Counted from the first letter of the stretch, positions 23,273-35,391 are shown. The stretch: 64,000 nucleotides of DNA from Schizochytrium sp. TIO01 (GCA_004764695.1 SMSO01000036.1:2108001-2172000); one strand, 5' to 3'. Notes: generated by a model from the letters alone, not told the origin. Numbers and translations: made by a program.

Positions 23273-24026
23273 CCCAAAGAGGAGTGAGTGTCGCAGTAGC
23301 ACCTACTTAGGGGCCGCTACGCCTCCGCTCGGTCAGTCATTGATCATAGACGCATTGGGCACATGCTGAACTTTCCTTTTAGTTTTGTTTAAAACGAGGC
23401 CAAAGCTATCGACGACTTTATTTGCGCTTCTTTATTTACAAAATGGAAAAGAAGCCACGAAGTCAAATACAAAAATAGTGGATGGCCGCCTCCTTAGACA
23501 AAGTAAGCGCATACTGACGAAGAGAAAAGCCTTGCAAGGCCTAAGGATCTACTTCGAAACACGATTGCTCTGCTGTGTATTCCGCAGAACTTAGGTAGTT
23601 AGCACGCTTTCTTTGAGACCTCCCTCTGCAAGAGCATAGATAGACAGACTCTCTCTGAGCAAAGCGAGAACCGGGAGATCTCGGGCGACAGGAGTTAAAT
23701 AGGCGGCACTAGGAGGCCCTCGGCTTCGCAGGGTTTGACTCCTTTGGGGCAACTAGGTATCCAGCTAGGGAGAAAGGTAGCATCAATGTTCCTAATGTTC
23801 TAATTTGGGCTTCTTTGTAAATTGTAAACAGGAAGTTGATGAGTAAGAAAGAAGAAAGGATCAATAATGGCATAGGATGAAAGGAGAAGAAGAAAACTTA
23901 GTCTTCTGAAGAATCCAAGTTGACGAAAGGAGCAGCTCTGGAACAGCTTCAAAGCTCTGCACGGCTGTGTGCGAATGGAGCGAAGGAGTCCTCGAGTGAG
24001 AACAACGAACTTGAATTGAAATAATT

Positions 24027-24056
24027 AATCAATCAATCAATCAATGAATCAATCAA
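24027..24056. repeat. (AATC)n microsatellite
   Basis: AATC tandem array with one mismatch. Confidence 0.85.
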
Positions 24057-24244
24057 TTAATCGAACGCGGGAATGGACCGAAAGAAGCCAACGATCAGCG
24101 AGAAACTGGGAACTCGGAAACTGACAAAAACCTCTTTCTCTCTGTGTGTTTATTTCTTTCTTTTCGTTTCGCGCGTTTAAAATGCTCGAAGGGAACTTGA
24201 AACAAAGGAAACTAAAGTTTTCATATTTGCTCCTGCTTTTTACT

Positions 24245-24306
24245 TTTACCTTTTACCTTTTACCTTTACCTTTACCTTTTACCTTTTACCTTTACCTTTA
24301 CCTTTA
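24245..24306. repeat. (TTTACC/TTTTACC)n tandem repeat
   Basis: About 9 mixed 6-nt and 7-nt units. Confidence 0.9.
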
Positions 24307-25087
24307 TTTATCCTATTATTAATCTGAGCTATTTTAATTTAATTTAAACTAAGTTTTTTAGAGTGGCTGGGAAAGGCGCCTAATAAGCAGAGCACACTGC
24401 AAACTATGCATTCATTATAGGGGAAGCTTGAATTGAAAAGTAGCTTAGTGAGATGTTATTACGGCAGAGAGAGAATGAATGTACTACGAGAAAGGTTTTT
24501 CCGTCTCTCTCTCTGTATAGGATTGCGTTTGAAAAGATTGTTCATATCAACTTTAGTATGACACAAAGCGGGAGATCCGTAGGAAACTACGATCAAAGCG
24601 TAAACTAATCAATCACCCGAACGAAGAGCTCCCTGCCGTCTCCGTGTACTCCTCCGTGGCGCCCAGACAGACAGCGGGGACCTCCGAATAACACCTGCTG
24701 CAATCTTGGCTGTGCTCAGTAGACCTCCGGGCACGTCTATCTTGGAGCCGCAGCTGCGGCATCGGGCTTGGGAGGAAGGAGTTCCCCCTAGGAATGTATA
24801 TACTTTGGGCACAGCACTAGAAAAGAAGAAATAGACGCCTGCATCTCGGTGCACTTAAAACAAAGGTAATCCCGCAAAAAAAGAAGCAGAATAAATATTG
24901 CAGCGTGTTTGACGAGCGAACGAGCGAGTGGCCTAGTCTCTGACATTGGCCGGAACCGCGGCTACAATTGAAACGTTGACGCACAATTTGCCGGTTGCTG
25001 GAAGTGACCTGAAGTTCTTCTGGAGCTTAATAGTGCTGGAGGGGCAAGGCGGAATTTTGAAGGATATAAACGAGGAAGATCGCAGGC

Positions 25088-28000
25088 ATGATCGACGCCA
25101 GCAACAGCGAGCATGCTGGGGCCGTGACGCCTGAAAAAAGCTTAAGAAGAAATGCATCCAGTATCACAGAAACATTGACGAGGCAGGAGAAATTTGTATT
25201 CAATGAAGTGGCTTCAGAGAGGTTGCAATGGCAAACTCGAGAGCACCTCATTAACACACTAGTTCGCATGACCTCAGGACCTGCATTTGGGCTAAGAAGA
25301 TGTGAGCACATCCACTCCGTAGCAGGATCACAAATCGTATATGATGGTGACCTTGAGGGTCGTTTGCAACAGCAGACAAGCTCACCAAGCCCTGGCGCGG
25401 GAGCAGCAGAATTCTGTGAAGAGTGCCAAGGCATCGAAGAAGACCAGGCCCGAGTCGCGGGATGGCTTTGCCTTGACAACTCCAGCAAGGCTGTGAGCCG
25501 TGCGATGCGAGGGGCAAGCAACCTTCTTGGCATGACACATGACGCATGGGATAGGCGATACGTAGTTTTTGACCCTGACACATCATCGTTCAGTCTTTAC
25601 AAATCAATGGGACGCTCTCTGGTCAAAGATCGTGAACCTGAGCTTGCAATTAGTATGGCTTCCATCGAAAAGGTCACCCCGGCTGCATACAAGATGGGAC
25701 ATCGCGTTCGCTATGCACTCAGAGTGGAGTACAGGTCCAACACGAAAGACAAGTCCCGGAAACGATCAATTCAGCTCAAGCCAATCGAGGATGGCGATAT
25801 TGATCTCGCTTCTCGATGGGCTGCATTGTTACTCTTTCGTTCAGGGCTTTATGCAGAAGATATTGATGCACTAGCACGCATTACGCATCGAGGAATCACC
25901 ATGCTGCAGAGGCGAGTCCGCATCGTAGTGCGAGCGAATCTTGCCAAGAGCTCCCTGCGGGGCAATAGCAGCAAGCGCCACAAATCAAGCCACTCACGCT
26001 TTTTTCCAAATATTCTACGTCCCCTATTTACACGTCATGAATCAGCCAACGAATCAGACCCAGACCTCGATGAAGATAACTACCCTCGCGCAGAGTCAAG
26101 TATGATCAGCAACGGCATCGCACGCACAAGGTCAACGCAAACCACTCAGGGGAACCAAGTTCCCAACAATGAAGCGTCCCGTTGGGTACCACCACTTGCT
26201 GAAGGTGAAGAAGAAGATGAAATCTGGGAAAATCAGCGCTGGAGCTTTATTGACCTCAAGGATCGCAAAATTAGACGCGGCTGGAGTCACGACTCTCTTT
26301 TGCCACAAGAACGTCAACCATTCTCCAATCGGACAGGTCAATCTCTTGGTGCAGACCTTTACGATATGGAGAATTTGCCAGTGCCCCCAGGTTGGGAAAT
26401 TTCTACACCATTTATCGTAGATACAAGTGGAATGGGCCAATCTCGATGTGATGCAGAAGGATGGCGCTACGAATCGCAGTTCAACGCGCTAGACTCTAAG
26501 CAAGCGAAAGGTGCACAACGTGGACAGGCCAATGCCCGCTGGGTGGTACGTCATCGACGCTGGTACCGTCGTCGGCGGCCTATTCAAGGAGTTATGGCGG
26601 ATGAAATCGCCCGCAGTCCGTCGTGGATAGCTAAACATGGCTGGATAGGCATGCGTGGAATGTCAACAGGTCGCTTCTGGAAAAGTCGCTATTCCATGTT
26701 GGTCCTACCCGACGACTTTGGCCCTGCAAAAAACTCAGTAACGCCTCGACCAGGCAACATCGGGGTTGCATTCTGGGCGTACTTTGCCGGTGATTTTGAA
26801 GGCCATGGCGCAGTTTGCAACCTCTACAATGTGGACTGGAGTGCAATTTCAGAAAAGGCCCTCCATATTAAGCCCCTTGACCGCTCCTGTATGGTCAGCG
26901 ACAAGGTTGCCACCTTCGATAACCCAGGCTATTTTGAACTTCATCTGAGCGGAGAAAGTAAACCTCGTCTTCTTAATGCAGAAACCCGTGAGAACCGCAT
27001 GCAGTGGGTGCATACGCTTCGAACGGTCATTGCTGCAAGCCAGTCGGCCTCCGCGACAGCCCAAGCGTTGCAAAACTACATCTCGCTCGGCGATGACGAT
27101 GCAAGCCATGGCGCCGTTGAACGGACAGGTAGCATCTCGTCATCAACTGACGGCTCTTCATTGAGTCACCGTGACCTGACGTTGATTCCGAAATCTGCCT
27201 CGAAGCGTTCGCATGGACGAGTAGACCACGTTGGTGTTCATACAATCAAGCAATATCTAAAGAGACTCGAAGAAGACAGCGGTTCATCAATGCCGGACAG
27301 TACAGGCTCATCCCCAACAGCGGCCCTCGATCTTTCGTCTCTCAAGAATCGTGTACGCTTTGGAACAGGTCAACGTACACAGAGTGAAGATCCTCAGAGT
27401 GATGTTGAAAGGTCCATGACTGAAGTGATCCCTCCACGGAATACTGGCGAACATGAAGTTTTGCATACGCGCAGTACACCTGTTCATCTCGCATCCTCAT
27501 CATCAAGTGGAGGTCAATTTGACCCCTTGGAGAATGAACTTGTGGAACTTTCGTTCAATGTAGACGTAGATACGTTAGCCCGAGTCATGTTCGTCGAAGA
27601 TGAATTCCAAATTAGGCTGGATGAACTCAAGGAGTACAAAAATGTTATGCGGACACACTGGAAATCACCTTCAGGTGAGGAAAAGTTTTGTCGAGGTGCC
27701 GAGAGCAAGTCCTCATACACCATGCCTAAGCGTGGGCCGGTGCCAGAAACAAGAGCCTTTGCAACGATGACATGCGTACATGCCATTGAAACCAAGGGTT
27801 ACCAGGTTGACAAGTCAATCTACAATCCTGGCTTGCCATATGGCAAGTCTTTCCGCACCAAGCTTCGCTTCAACTTGGAGTCGGAAAGTGAAACTTCTAC
27901 ACGACTCGTTCTTTCTCATGAGGTCAAATTCTTGGAGCAAACTGTGATGAGTGCTATTATTCGTGCTGCCAGTTTACGCGAACTCCGATCTTCCTACACA

Positions 28001-28942
28001 CGCTCCATGACTGAGCTGGAGAATCACCTGCAAAGAAAGAATCTCGCTGTACCGGCAGCGTTGCCTACGGATGATATGGGTGCTGATTGTCACTCAAATG
28101 GAGAAGATACATCAGATGAGGCCTCTGCTGGTGGCGAGTTCCAGCGTCCAGAAGTGTACGAGAACGTTCTCGTGGATGAAGTCGTAAATGTTGACGTTGA
28201 TACTGCGCACCGCATCATTAATATGGACGGTAAATTCACGCGCCACATGCTTAAACTTGACAAGGTCCAAGATATTACCATTACCGAATGGTCCAAAGGC
28301 AGTTCTGCGGGTAGCTCATGCGATTTGCAGTACTTAATGCCTCGCAACGGTCCTGTACCTAAAAATACTTGTTATGCCACATGGACACTTACTCAGGCAG
28401 TCCCGAAGGCAGGATACCAGGTTGACCAGGAAATTCGGAACCCCGAGGTTCCCTATGGGAAAACCTTTGCAACTCTCCTACGTATTACTATTGAGGCCCA
28501 GGGTAGTAATAAGTCGCATCTCGTTGTATCGCACATGGTAGATTTTCGCCAGAGTACCATGATGAAGGGTTTTATCAAGTCGAGCAGTTCCCGGGAAATT
28601 AAAAAGAGCTTCACAACTTCCTGGTTTCCCCAATTAAAGAAGTTTCTCGCTAACCCAGGCGCTCAAGATGAATCGGGAGATGAATCTGCTGATGTTGAGA
28701 CTGCAGACAAGGATGCTGCAGGTAAGTCTTTGGATGATTCCGCGTTGTCCTCGGAAGGTGGCGCCTGGTCAGCGCACCCATTCGTACTCTATGCGATGAT
28801 TTTTGTACAAATAATGCTCGTGTGCTTTGCAATGTACATGACGCTCCAAGTTTCCTATCTAAGAGAGGAAGTTCAGCAATTGCGCTTTGTCATTGACTCC
28901 TCCCGGGATATTGGTTCGAAGACTCTGGCTGCAGATTCTTAA
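25088..28942 (+). CDS. Membrane-anchored lipid transfer protein: PH-DysF-PH-VASt-VASt-TM (LAM/Aster-like)
   Basis: PH-like (GWL...WDRRYVVF...ASRWAALL). DysF (EIWENQRW...PPGWE...DAEGWRY...VRHRRWYRRR). Second PH (HGWIGMRG...WKSRY...NAETRENRMQWV). Two VASt repeats (PGLPYGKSF, PEVPYGKTF). C-terminal TM plus short coiled coil. Confidence 0.8.
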   Translation: MIDASNSEHAGAVTPEKSLRRNASSITETLTRQEKFVFNEVASERLQWQTREHLINTLVRMTSGPAFGLRRCEHIHSVAGSQIVYDGDLEGRLQQQTSSPSPGAGAAEFCEECQGIEEDQARVAGWLCLDNSSKAVSRAMRGASNLLGMTHDAWDRRYVVFDPDTSSFSLYKSMGRSLVKDREPELAISMASIEKVTPAAYKMGHRVRYALRVEYRSNTKDKSRKRSIQLKPIEDGDIDLASRWAALLLFRSGLYAEDIDALARITHRGITMLQRRVRIVVRANLAKSSLRGNSSKRHKSSHSRFFPNILRPLFTRHESANESDPDLDEDNYPRAESSMISNGIARTRSTQTTQGNQVPNNEASRWVPPLAEGEEEDEIWENQRWSFIDLKDRKIRRGWSHDSLLPQERQPFSNRTGQSLGADLYDMENLPVPPGWEISTPFIVDTSGMGQSRCDAEGWRYESQFNALDSKQAKGAQRGQANARWVVRHRRWYRRRRPIQGVMADEIARSPSWIAKHGWIGMRGMSTGRFWKSRYSMLVLPDDFGPAKNSVTPRPGNIGVAFWAYFAGDFEGHGAVCNLYNVDWSAISEKALHIKPLDRSCMVSDKVATFDNPGYFELHLSGESKPRLLNAETRENRMQWVHTLRTVIAASQSASATAQALQNYISLGDDDASHGAVERTGSISSSTDGSSLSHRDLTLIPKSASKRSHGRVDHVGVHTIKQYLKRLEEDSGSSMPDSTGSSPTAALDLSSLKNRVRFGTGQRTQSEDPQSDVERSMTEVIPPRNTGEHEVLHTRSTPVHLASSSSSGGQFDPLENELVELSFNVDVDTLARVMFVEDEFQIRLDELKEYKNVMRTHWKSPSGEEKFCRGAESKSSYTMPKRGPVPETRAFATMTCVHAIETKGYQVDKSIYNPGLPYGKSFRTKLRFNLESESETSTRLVLSHEVKFLEQTVMSAIIRAASLRELRSSYTRSMTELENHLQRKNLAVPAALPTDDMGADCHSNGEDTSDEASAGGEFQRPEVYENVLVDEVVNVDVDTAHRIINMDGKFTRHMLKLDKVQDITITEWSKGSSAGSSCDLQYLMPRNGPVPKNTCYATWTLTQAVPKAGYQVDQEIRNPEVPYGKTFATLLRITIEAQGSNKSHLVVSHMVDFRQSTMMKGFIKSSSSREIKKSFTTSWFPQLKKFLANPGAQDESGDESADVETADKDAAGKSLDDSALSSEGGAWSAHPFVLYAMIFVQIMLVCFAMYMTLQVSYLREEVQQLRFVIDSSRDIGSKTLAADS

Positions 28943-29216
28943 GTTCGCGATATTCTTTCTCCTAGAATATCTGACTAGTCTGCCCGGCCTTTCTGGTGGT
29001 TCTTCCCCTCTAAACTTGTCTTTCGTCTTTTGAAATAACTGAAGAAATATGTTGTACTCTCTCTAGCACACATCTGAGTCCCATGCCGATAATAGTAATA
29101 ACAACTTTCAAACGCAAACAAGAACAAGAATTCGTACTTCAATTCTTTTGCCTTCTGGTTTTATCTCTAGAGGGCAAGCAACAATATGATCTTGAGTGAA
29201 ATGAGCAAGCTCTGTA

Positions 29217-29792
29217 GTGCTGAACCTGAGAACTTGGCTTGATTGTATGTGTGCAAACTGCGTTTTTGAAGTGTCGACCAGGATCCTCGCGAAAAGGGTT
29301 CCTTCAAAAGCCGTATTTCGCTTTCATCTCCCCCAACTAGGTGAAGAAAAGAGCGACAATGTGGTGAAGGTACTGGACATGTTTAAACAACAGGATGAGA
29401 TTCCCGCATTTATACACGAAGCTGAAATTTACAAGAAATTAGAATCGCGACAAGGCGAAAATATCCCCGAGTTCATCGATCATGGAAGAGTTGATGATCA
29501 TGTTCTGTACGGTTTTGGAACAAAGTATGCTGGTGAGTCTTTGTCACCTGAAGACATCACTGATGACTTTGTGGAAAAGGCAGTGAATGCTCTCGATGCA
29601 ATCCACTCCCTTGGCGTGTTGCACGGTGATGTTGCGGCTCGCAATGTCCTATGCAATAAGGAAACTCAGAGGCCTGTCATTATCGACTTTGGTATGGCTC
29701 AGCGCAAGACGGACATGAGTGAGAAAGACTTCGGCCGATCTGCAGATTGGGAGATTGTTGAACTTCGACGTGAATTGGAGTTAGAGCTTTAA
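29217..29792 (+). CDS. Short atypical protein-kinase-like domain (Crinkler/fungal-type), N-terminally truncated; possible pseudogene
   Basis: VVKVLD, HEAEIYKKL..RQGENIP, LHGDVAARNVL, IIDFG. Minimal C-lobe and no clear start context. Confidence 0.6.
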   Translation: MLNLRTWLDCMCANCVFEVSTRILAKRVPSKAVFRFHLPQLGEEKSDNVVKVLDMFKQQDEIPAFIHEAEIYKKLESRQGENIPEFIDHGRVDDHVLYGFGTKYAGESLSPEDITDDFVEKAVNALDAIHSLGVLHGDVAARNVLCNKETQRPVIIDFGMAQRKTDMSEKDFGRSADWEIVELRRELELEL

Positions 29793-30176
29793 AATGGTTT
29801 TTTGTTTAAAAGAGGTATATATTTTGTAAAGAATAAATAAATGTGCTTGTTAAGTGGGGCAACCCCACAATCTGAAGTGCGCGTCTTTGTTTTAAATTTA
29901 AGAAGAAGTAATTGTAGAGAAGCGGAAGTAGGAGGTCTTAAACAATTCGGGCAGTCTAGGGAAAAGTAGAAAGTCTTTGTTATTGCATTTAAGTAGCTAA
30001 ATATCTGGTAAGCTCGCGCTTGGCATCTAGGAATCGACGGGTTCACCTGGCGGTGCGACCTGAACGAGAATAGACGAGGCGGAGTCATCTTTTTCTTTAA
30101 GCTGGAAAGGCCAGTAAAAACACAGTTATGTATGGCATAGGTTCGGTGATTCGCCAACATTCTGAAAGCGACTCTT

Positions 30177-30587
30177 GTGGAGGAGATATTTGCGGTTCTG
30201 TTTCACATAAAGAGTTCTTACGTTGTGTATGACGAGAGAGTCTGGAATGGGCGAAGAGAACTTTTCTGGATATGCTGCCTGAAGTATGAAAGTCGCGACC
30301 TCGAATCTTGCTTCGATGTACTGTCTGATGTGAGGGGACGAGCTCTCCTTGAAGGAATGAATTCTGTCCAAGGCGCGAGCTTGATATCTGGAGACGTCAG
30401 GAATGGTCCGAAGCTTGGTACTTACGATGGGCGATTCGTAGGGATCTTCGGGGTATCGCAGGAGGTCTTTATTGGCAAGTACAATGAACTGTGTGAAAAA
30501 GAAGAGGTCAATGATGTAAAGTACAAGTTGGTTTCGCTTTTGCTTGGTATCTACAGTCACAACATGATGTGTTTCGTATTTGTATAG
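30177..30587 (+). pseudogene. Highly degenerate paralog of the adjacent short kinase
   Basis: EEIFAVL..., LKYE, ALLEGMNSVQGASLISGDVRN and FVGIFGVSQ line up in order with EAEIYKKL, TKYA, AVNALDAIHSLGVLHGDV..RN and IIDFGMAQ of 29217-29792. The catalytic motifs are eroded. Confidence 0.4.
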
Positions 30588-31368
30588 GTCGGATTCCTTG
30601 CACGTTCAGGGCTGTGTTCGGTTGGAAGTGGCAGGTAATGTATAGACCAGTTGGATAGCTACAAGATACTTCTTGTTGCAAAGGCATGCATTCGAAATGT
30701 CAAATCACACACATACACACATACACACACCACGTACCTGAGACCTCTTGTATCCAGCATTCTTCAGAAGATCTGCTTGTGAACTCTGCGAGTATAGTAT
30801 TGCTACCTAGTACTTCGTTGAGATCTACGATGATATATCCTAGATAAAATAGTAGGACGAAGTTCTCCACGATCCAACGAGGGAATAGAGGAGATCCAGC
30901 GCAAGAAAGAAGTCCTGTTTATATCACTACTACAGATACCATTATCGCTTTTTGCTAGTAGAGTAGAACAAAACCAAAATAAAAAGCTTTTTCTAAGAGG
31001 GCATCATAAAATCAAATCATACGGGGGTCTACTACTAAGGCTTAGGCATGTACTAGACCTTTTGAGAGAGCCTTCGTGCAGATAGACGCAAGGATAATCA
31101 AACCTCAATCCAGCATCTCGGCGACCGCATCAACAAAGCTAGTTCACGCTAAGAAGGGCACGGCCCCGTCTAGAGGATACCCTTCCAGTTTGCAAACAAT
31201 CCTTTCAAGCGCGCGAGAGAGCGAAGAGCGTGGAAAGTTTGGCAAGGTTTGACACACCATCCTTAGGCAGTAGCTAAGTTTTGTACATCAACCAGCAAGG
31301 TTTCTTTTGCATAGCACTGAGTTTCTTGAGTGTAGACTAAGCCGACACGGAGCAAAACTACAAGAACC

Positions 31369-32473
31369 ATGTCTGCAATTCCTGCCTCTCTGAGAGTGAT
31401 TACACCGTATGTGCGCCGCGCGTCCGAGGTTGAAAAGACCGGCGATGACCGTGCATATGTAATCGCCTACTACTGTAGAACGTAAGTTAGAGCAAAATGA
31501 AGACTGGTTTTTTAAAGAGCCTTCATGGTCAAACTCCAAATGATAAACTTTTTCTGGGCTTAATTCGTTCATCCTGCTTGTGGTTGTCACCCAACGATTT
31601 TTTTAATGCATGAATAGCTAACCTGGATGTCTCATGATGACGATGACCTTGTTTTGTTTGCTTATTTAAAGTCACGCTTTGGAGCTTGCATTCAAGCTTG
31701 ACCATTCCAGCGCAGAAGTGCAGAGCTTTCTTACTGAGATGCTTGATACTCTTGAGGGAATGAAGGCAGAGCACCCGGAGTTGAACGATAAGGATGAATG
31801 CGAAGATGTTGTTCGTACCTATGCTCAGGAGAAATTGATGGAAGCGGAGTCTGAGTACATGGATTGCCAGGCAAACAAAAATACCGCCAGACGATACTAC
31901 GCTGCTGCCAGCTTTTTAGAGGTTCTTGCAACCTTCCACCCCGAGAAAACGCTTGACGAAGCTACAAAAAAGTCCTCACTCTTTGCTAAGTGGCGTGCCA
32001 CAGAAATCCTCAAGGCGATCAAGGAAGGTCGCCCGCCTATTCCGTCTGACGAGGAACTTGCCAAATCCCGTGGTCTTGACCTAAACGATGACGATGACGA
32101 TGATGGTGATGATGGAGCTGGAGCCGACGGTGCAGATGATGATCTTGACTACCTTCCACCTCCTGCGCCTACTGCTACACCTACGTATCGCTCTAACCGC
32201 CGTGATGAAACTTCCGAAGAGGAAGAAGAAGAGGAGCGCCCGCGTTTGCGACCAACCCGCACTTCATCATCATCACGCTCCAACAAACCATCCCGCTCTG
32301 GAGCTTCAGGAGGTTCTAGTAGAAACCGTGTGCCCAAGTACTCTTCAAACCTCCCCGAGACTGCCAAGGATGATGCTATGGAATACACACGTTTTGCTTT
32401 GCGGGCATTGCAGCTCGACGATATTGAGCAGGCTAAGGAGCACCTCCGGAGCGCTCTTCACGAGCTTGAGTAG
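31369..32473 (+). CDS. VTA1: Vacuolar protein sorting-associated protein VTA1/LIP5; exons 31369-31481 and 31672-32473
   Basis: Exon 1 is MSAIPASLRVITPYVRRASEVEK...VIAYYCR. Intron 31482 (GTAAGT) to 31671 (AAAG) with GCTAAC splices in frame to (T)HALELAFK. MIT motif FAKWRATEILKAIKEGRPP and C-terminal VSL (AMEYTRFALRALQLDDIEQA). Confidence 0.9.
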
Positions 32474-32720
32474 ACATTCCTGCATAAGCATGGAATCAAG
32501 CAAGCAAGAAAAATCAATATAGGATTGATTGTGTTTGGCGTTGTCGTAATCTTTTCGGCCTTTAAATTTTAGGCGGTTCCTCTTCCCAGAAACCTTCTGA
32601 GGTGTCAAGAGCATATACTCCTCTTACAAGAGCCAAAAAACTCAATATACGTGTTTACTAAATGAGGAAATCAACAGAGGGCGAACATGATAGATGATCT
32701 CTTTACAAGAGCATAGAGCT

Positions 32721-33244
32721 TTATGGTTTAAACAGAAGGACATGCACATTAAACATCGAGAAATGAATGTAGGTCTTCATTTGGTGCGTGACATATGATC
32801 CAAAATTGCGTCCCACGATGCAGCACCATCCCCTGTGCACATTGCGTTAGCAGGGTGAACATGAGGACCCATTTTACGAATACGATCAGCGTAATAAAAT
32901 TGTAACAGCGTTAGTTTATTGTTCACAACCATCTATGGTTTGTCTTCAAAGAAAAGCAAAATGTGAGGTAGCTTCCTTTGATGATGCTTGCTTTGTTTTT
33001 GGAGAAGATAAACCACATATCGTGTTAAAATAAAGGAAACAAAACCAAACGAAACTTACTTGCCGTGTCTCTGGTCCATCTTACTGCGAATTTTCTTCGC
33101 AATGGTTGTGTATTGTGTCTCGCCCCTCGAGTCTGCAATATGGCTGCTAAGAAAAACGTCTTTTGCAAGTGTTAATACTTCTTGCTGGCGTTCATCCGTC
33201 ATGTCCTCCGCAAAGGTTATTTGCTTGTTATACTGGTTCGTCAT
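32721..33244 (-). CDS. Dynein light chain type 1 (LC8 family); exons 33244-33060 and 32832-32721
   Basis: Exon 1 is ...[10 protein letters not shown]...[20 protein letters not shown] donor at 33059, CTAAC branch, CAG acceptor at 32833. Exon 2 is (K)[36 protein letters not shown]. Confidence 0.9.
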
Positions 33245-34197
33245 CGTGCTCTGAGGTTGGTTTGCTTCTTTGCGCAAGATCCCGTACGTGAGCAACAAAT
33301 AGAACCGAACCTGAAATCAGTGCCTGCCAAGACCAACCCGCTGGTGCTCGACTGTGCCCAACAGTACCTCTTCAGCTGCTCCTTTCAAAAATAGCTGGGA
33401 CGCAGAAGTTATTGCCTTTGATTGATTACTTTGCTTGGGACTACAACAATTATAACTCTTCCATCCAGAGACGTTGAAAATGAGAAACCACCTTAATTTT
33501 TTAATATTTTTTGTTACTGTTTCACCTTAACATAACTATCTAGCTCACTACTGGTAGATAGCTACCTGCACTAGAAGTAGGAAGTGTCGCAATAAGAACA
33601 GTATCCACCTCTGAAGCTTTAGAATTGATAGGTTGTATACATAAAAATAAAAGGCAGGGGAAGGTATTTAATGTTTTATTTGCGTAATTCTAAAGATAGT
33701 TTTTTTTATAAAAAGAGTGATTGTACTTTCGAATACGCCAAGTTACAACAAAAGTCCAGGGCTTCTGTAGCAACCAGGTGGACTTAGTTCTCAGAAATGC
33801 GATTTGCTGATACGCCACACGAATTTTAGCGCATCTGCAAAAATAAATCACTGCACCAAGAGAGCATCCGAGTTGCATGTCTGGTGTATGCATGAATTTA
33901 GAACTTTGAGAGATGCTCTCACCACACTCTATTAAAAACAAGTAAGACTAAACGTATATCATGATGTGCGCCTCAACAAAACGTAGTAATAACTAATTTT
34001 AACGTGTTGTCGTGGGAGACACAGACATACAAATGATAATACATTCTTCGTAAAAAGCAGAGGAAGAATGAAGAAGCTAGCACAAAGTAAACGTAAGATG
34101 GAAAGACACACGGTATATGAAGCAAAGCCATAGGGAGAGAGAAAAGATGCAATAAAACAAAGAGATAGTTCTCCTTACAAGGAAGGTGCAGAATTCG

Positions 34198-35391
34198 TTA
34201 TGCGAAAGCGTTGGTAAATTTCACCTGAGTTTGCTGTCCCGCAGTCGAGTTCTGAGTCTTCTGATTGCCTTGGTTACCATTGTTGGTGTTACGACCTGCG
34301 GCTCTTGCGTAGCTGCCGTTAGAGTTGGACTGCTGCTGCTGCTGACGTTGCGGCTGGCCTTCGCCTTGCTGCTGATTGTATCCACCTCTTCCACCGCGTC
34401 CATTTCCACGCCCGCCACGACCACCACGTCCACCTCTGCCGCCACGTCCATTTCCACGGCCGCGGTACCCTCCACGACGGTACCTGCTGTTTCCATGATT
34501 CAAGCCTGTGGCACCAAAGGTTTCCTTATTGAGGTCTCTCTCTCGTTGCCCATAGAGACCACTACGCTTTCCATGCTCTCGATCAGTAATGTCGCAGGAA
34601 ATAGTGTCAAAGAAGGAGCTCTTAGAGTAACCCCCAAGGTCTTCTTCAGCATCCTCTTCCACCTCCTGCTCTGCCTCATTATTCGTCTCCAGAGAAAGCT
34701 TCGCAAACTCCCCAGCTTTGTCAAACTTGTCGTTCATTGACGCAAAGTCAAAGTTCACTGAGTCATCAAGTTTCACATCACCAACAGAATCACGAGTTTT
34801 CATATTTAACAGATGCGAGCCTGTGCCTGCGAGGGTACGAGGGCCTCGGCTCTGGCCGCGTCCACCACCGCCTCCACGGCGGCGTTGTTGCTGCTGATGA
34901 CTTTGCTGGTGACCACGGTCGTTTGATCCTTGCGGCACGTACTGCTGAGATTGTTGAGCTTGAATAGGAATAGAGGCGACCCCGGGAGGCGGCGCAGGGG
35001 TGCCGGAGGTCAAAGAAGGCGCAGTAGGAGTCATCAGAGCAGGCTGCTGAGGTTGTTGCTGCTGCTGTTGAGGCATTGAAGGAGGAGGGGGAGGCGCACT
35101 GGCAGATTTGGCCTGGACAATGGCAGGATCTTCGAATGCAGGGGCGGATGGAGCTGCTTCGCGTACCTCGAGGTCCTTGATGTCAGTGCCCTTGAAAATA
35201 ACGTACTCGAAGAGTTCAGCATTGGGGGGAATCTGAGGACCGTCCTTGCGACGACCCTCGGTACCAAAGGCTTGCACATTCTGAAGAGCCACCGTAGAAT
35301 CTTGGGTGTTAATATTGTAGAGAACGCCCTCATAGCGGACTTCACTTTTGCTTACGAGCGAAATGCGAGCACCAATGTAAGGCCTCGACAT
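34198..35391 (-). CDS. LSM14: LSM14/Scd6/RAP55 mRNA decapping and translational repression factor
   Basis: [19 protein letters not shown]...FGTEGRR...[14 protein letters not shown] (Lsm14 domain), [12 protein letters not shown] (FFD box), LNKETFG (TFG box) and RGG repeats. Confidence 0.95.
   Translation of the reverse strand: MSRPYIGARISLVSKSEVRYEGVLYNINTQDSTVALQNVQAFGTEGRRKDGPQIPPNAELFEYVIFKGTDIKDLEVREAAPSAPAFEDPAIVQAKSASAPPPPPSMPQQQQQQPQQPALMTPTAPSLTSGTPAPPPGVASIPIQAQQSQQYVPQGSNDRGHQQSHQQQQRRRGGGGGRGQSRGPRTLAGTGSHLLNMKTRDSVGDVKLDDSVNFDFASMNDKFDKAGEFAKLSLETNNEAEQEVEEDAEEDLGGYSKSSFFDTISCDITDREHGKRSGLYGQRERDLNKETFGATGLNHGNSRYRRGGYRGRGNGRGGRGGRGGRGGRGNGRGGRGGYNQQQGEGQPQRQQQQQSNSNGSYARAAGRNTNNGNQGNQKTQNSTAGQQTQVKFTNAFA

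Noticed and set aside
24245-24306. (TTTACC)n array as an interstitial telomere or CRISPR-like array
   Set aside because: Short simple repeat with variable unit length, no spacers and no match to a canonical telomere unit.
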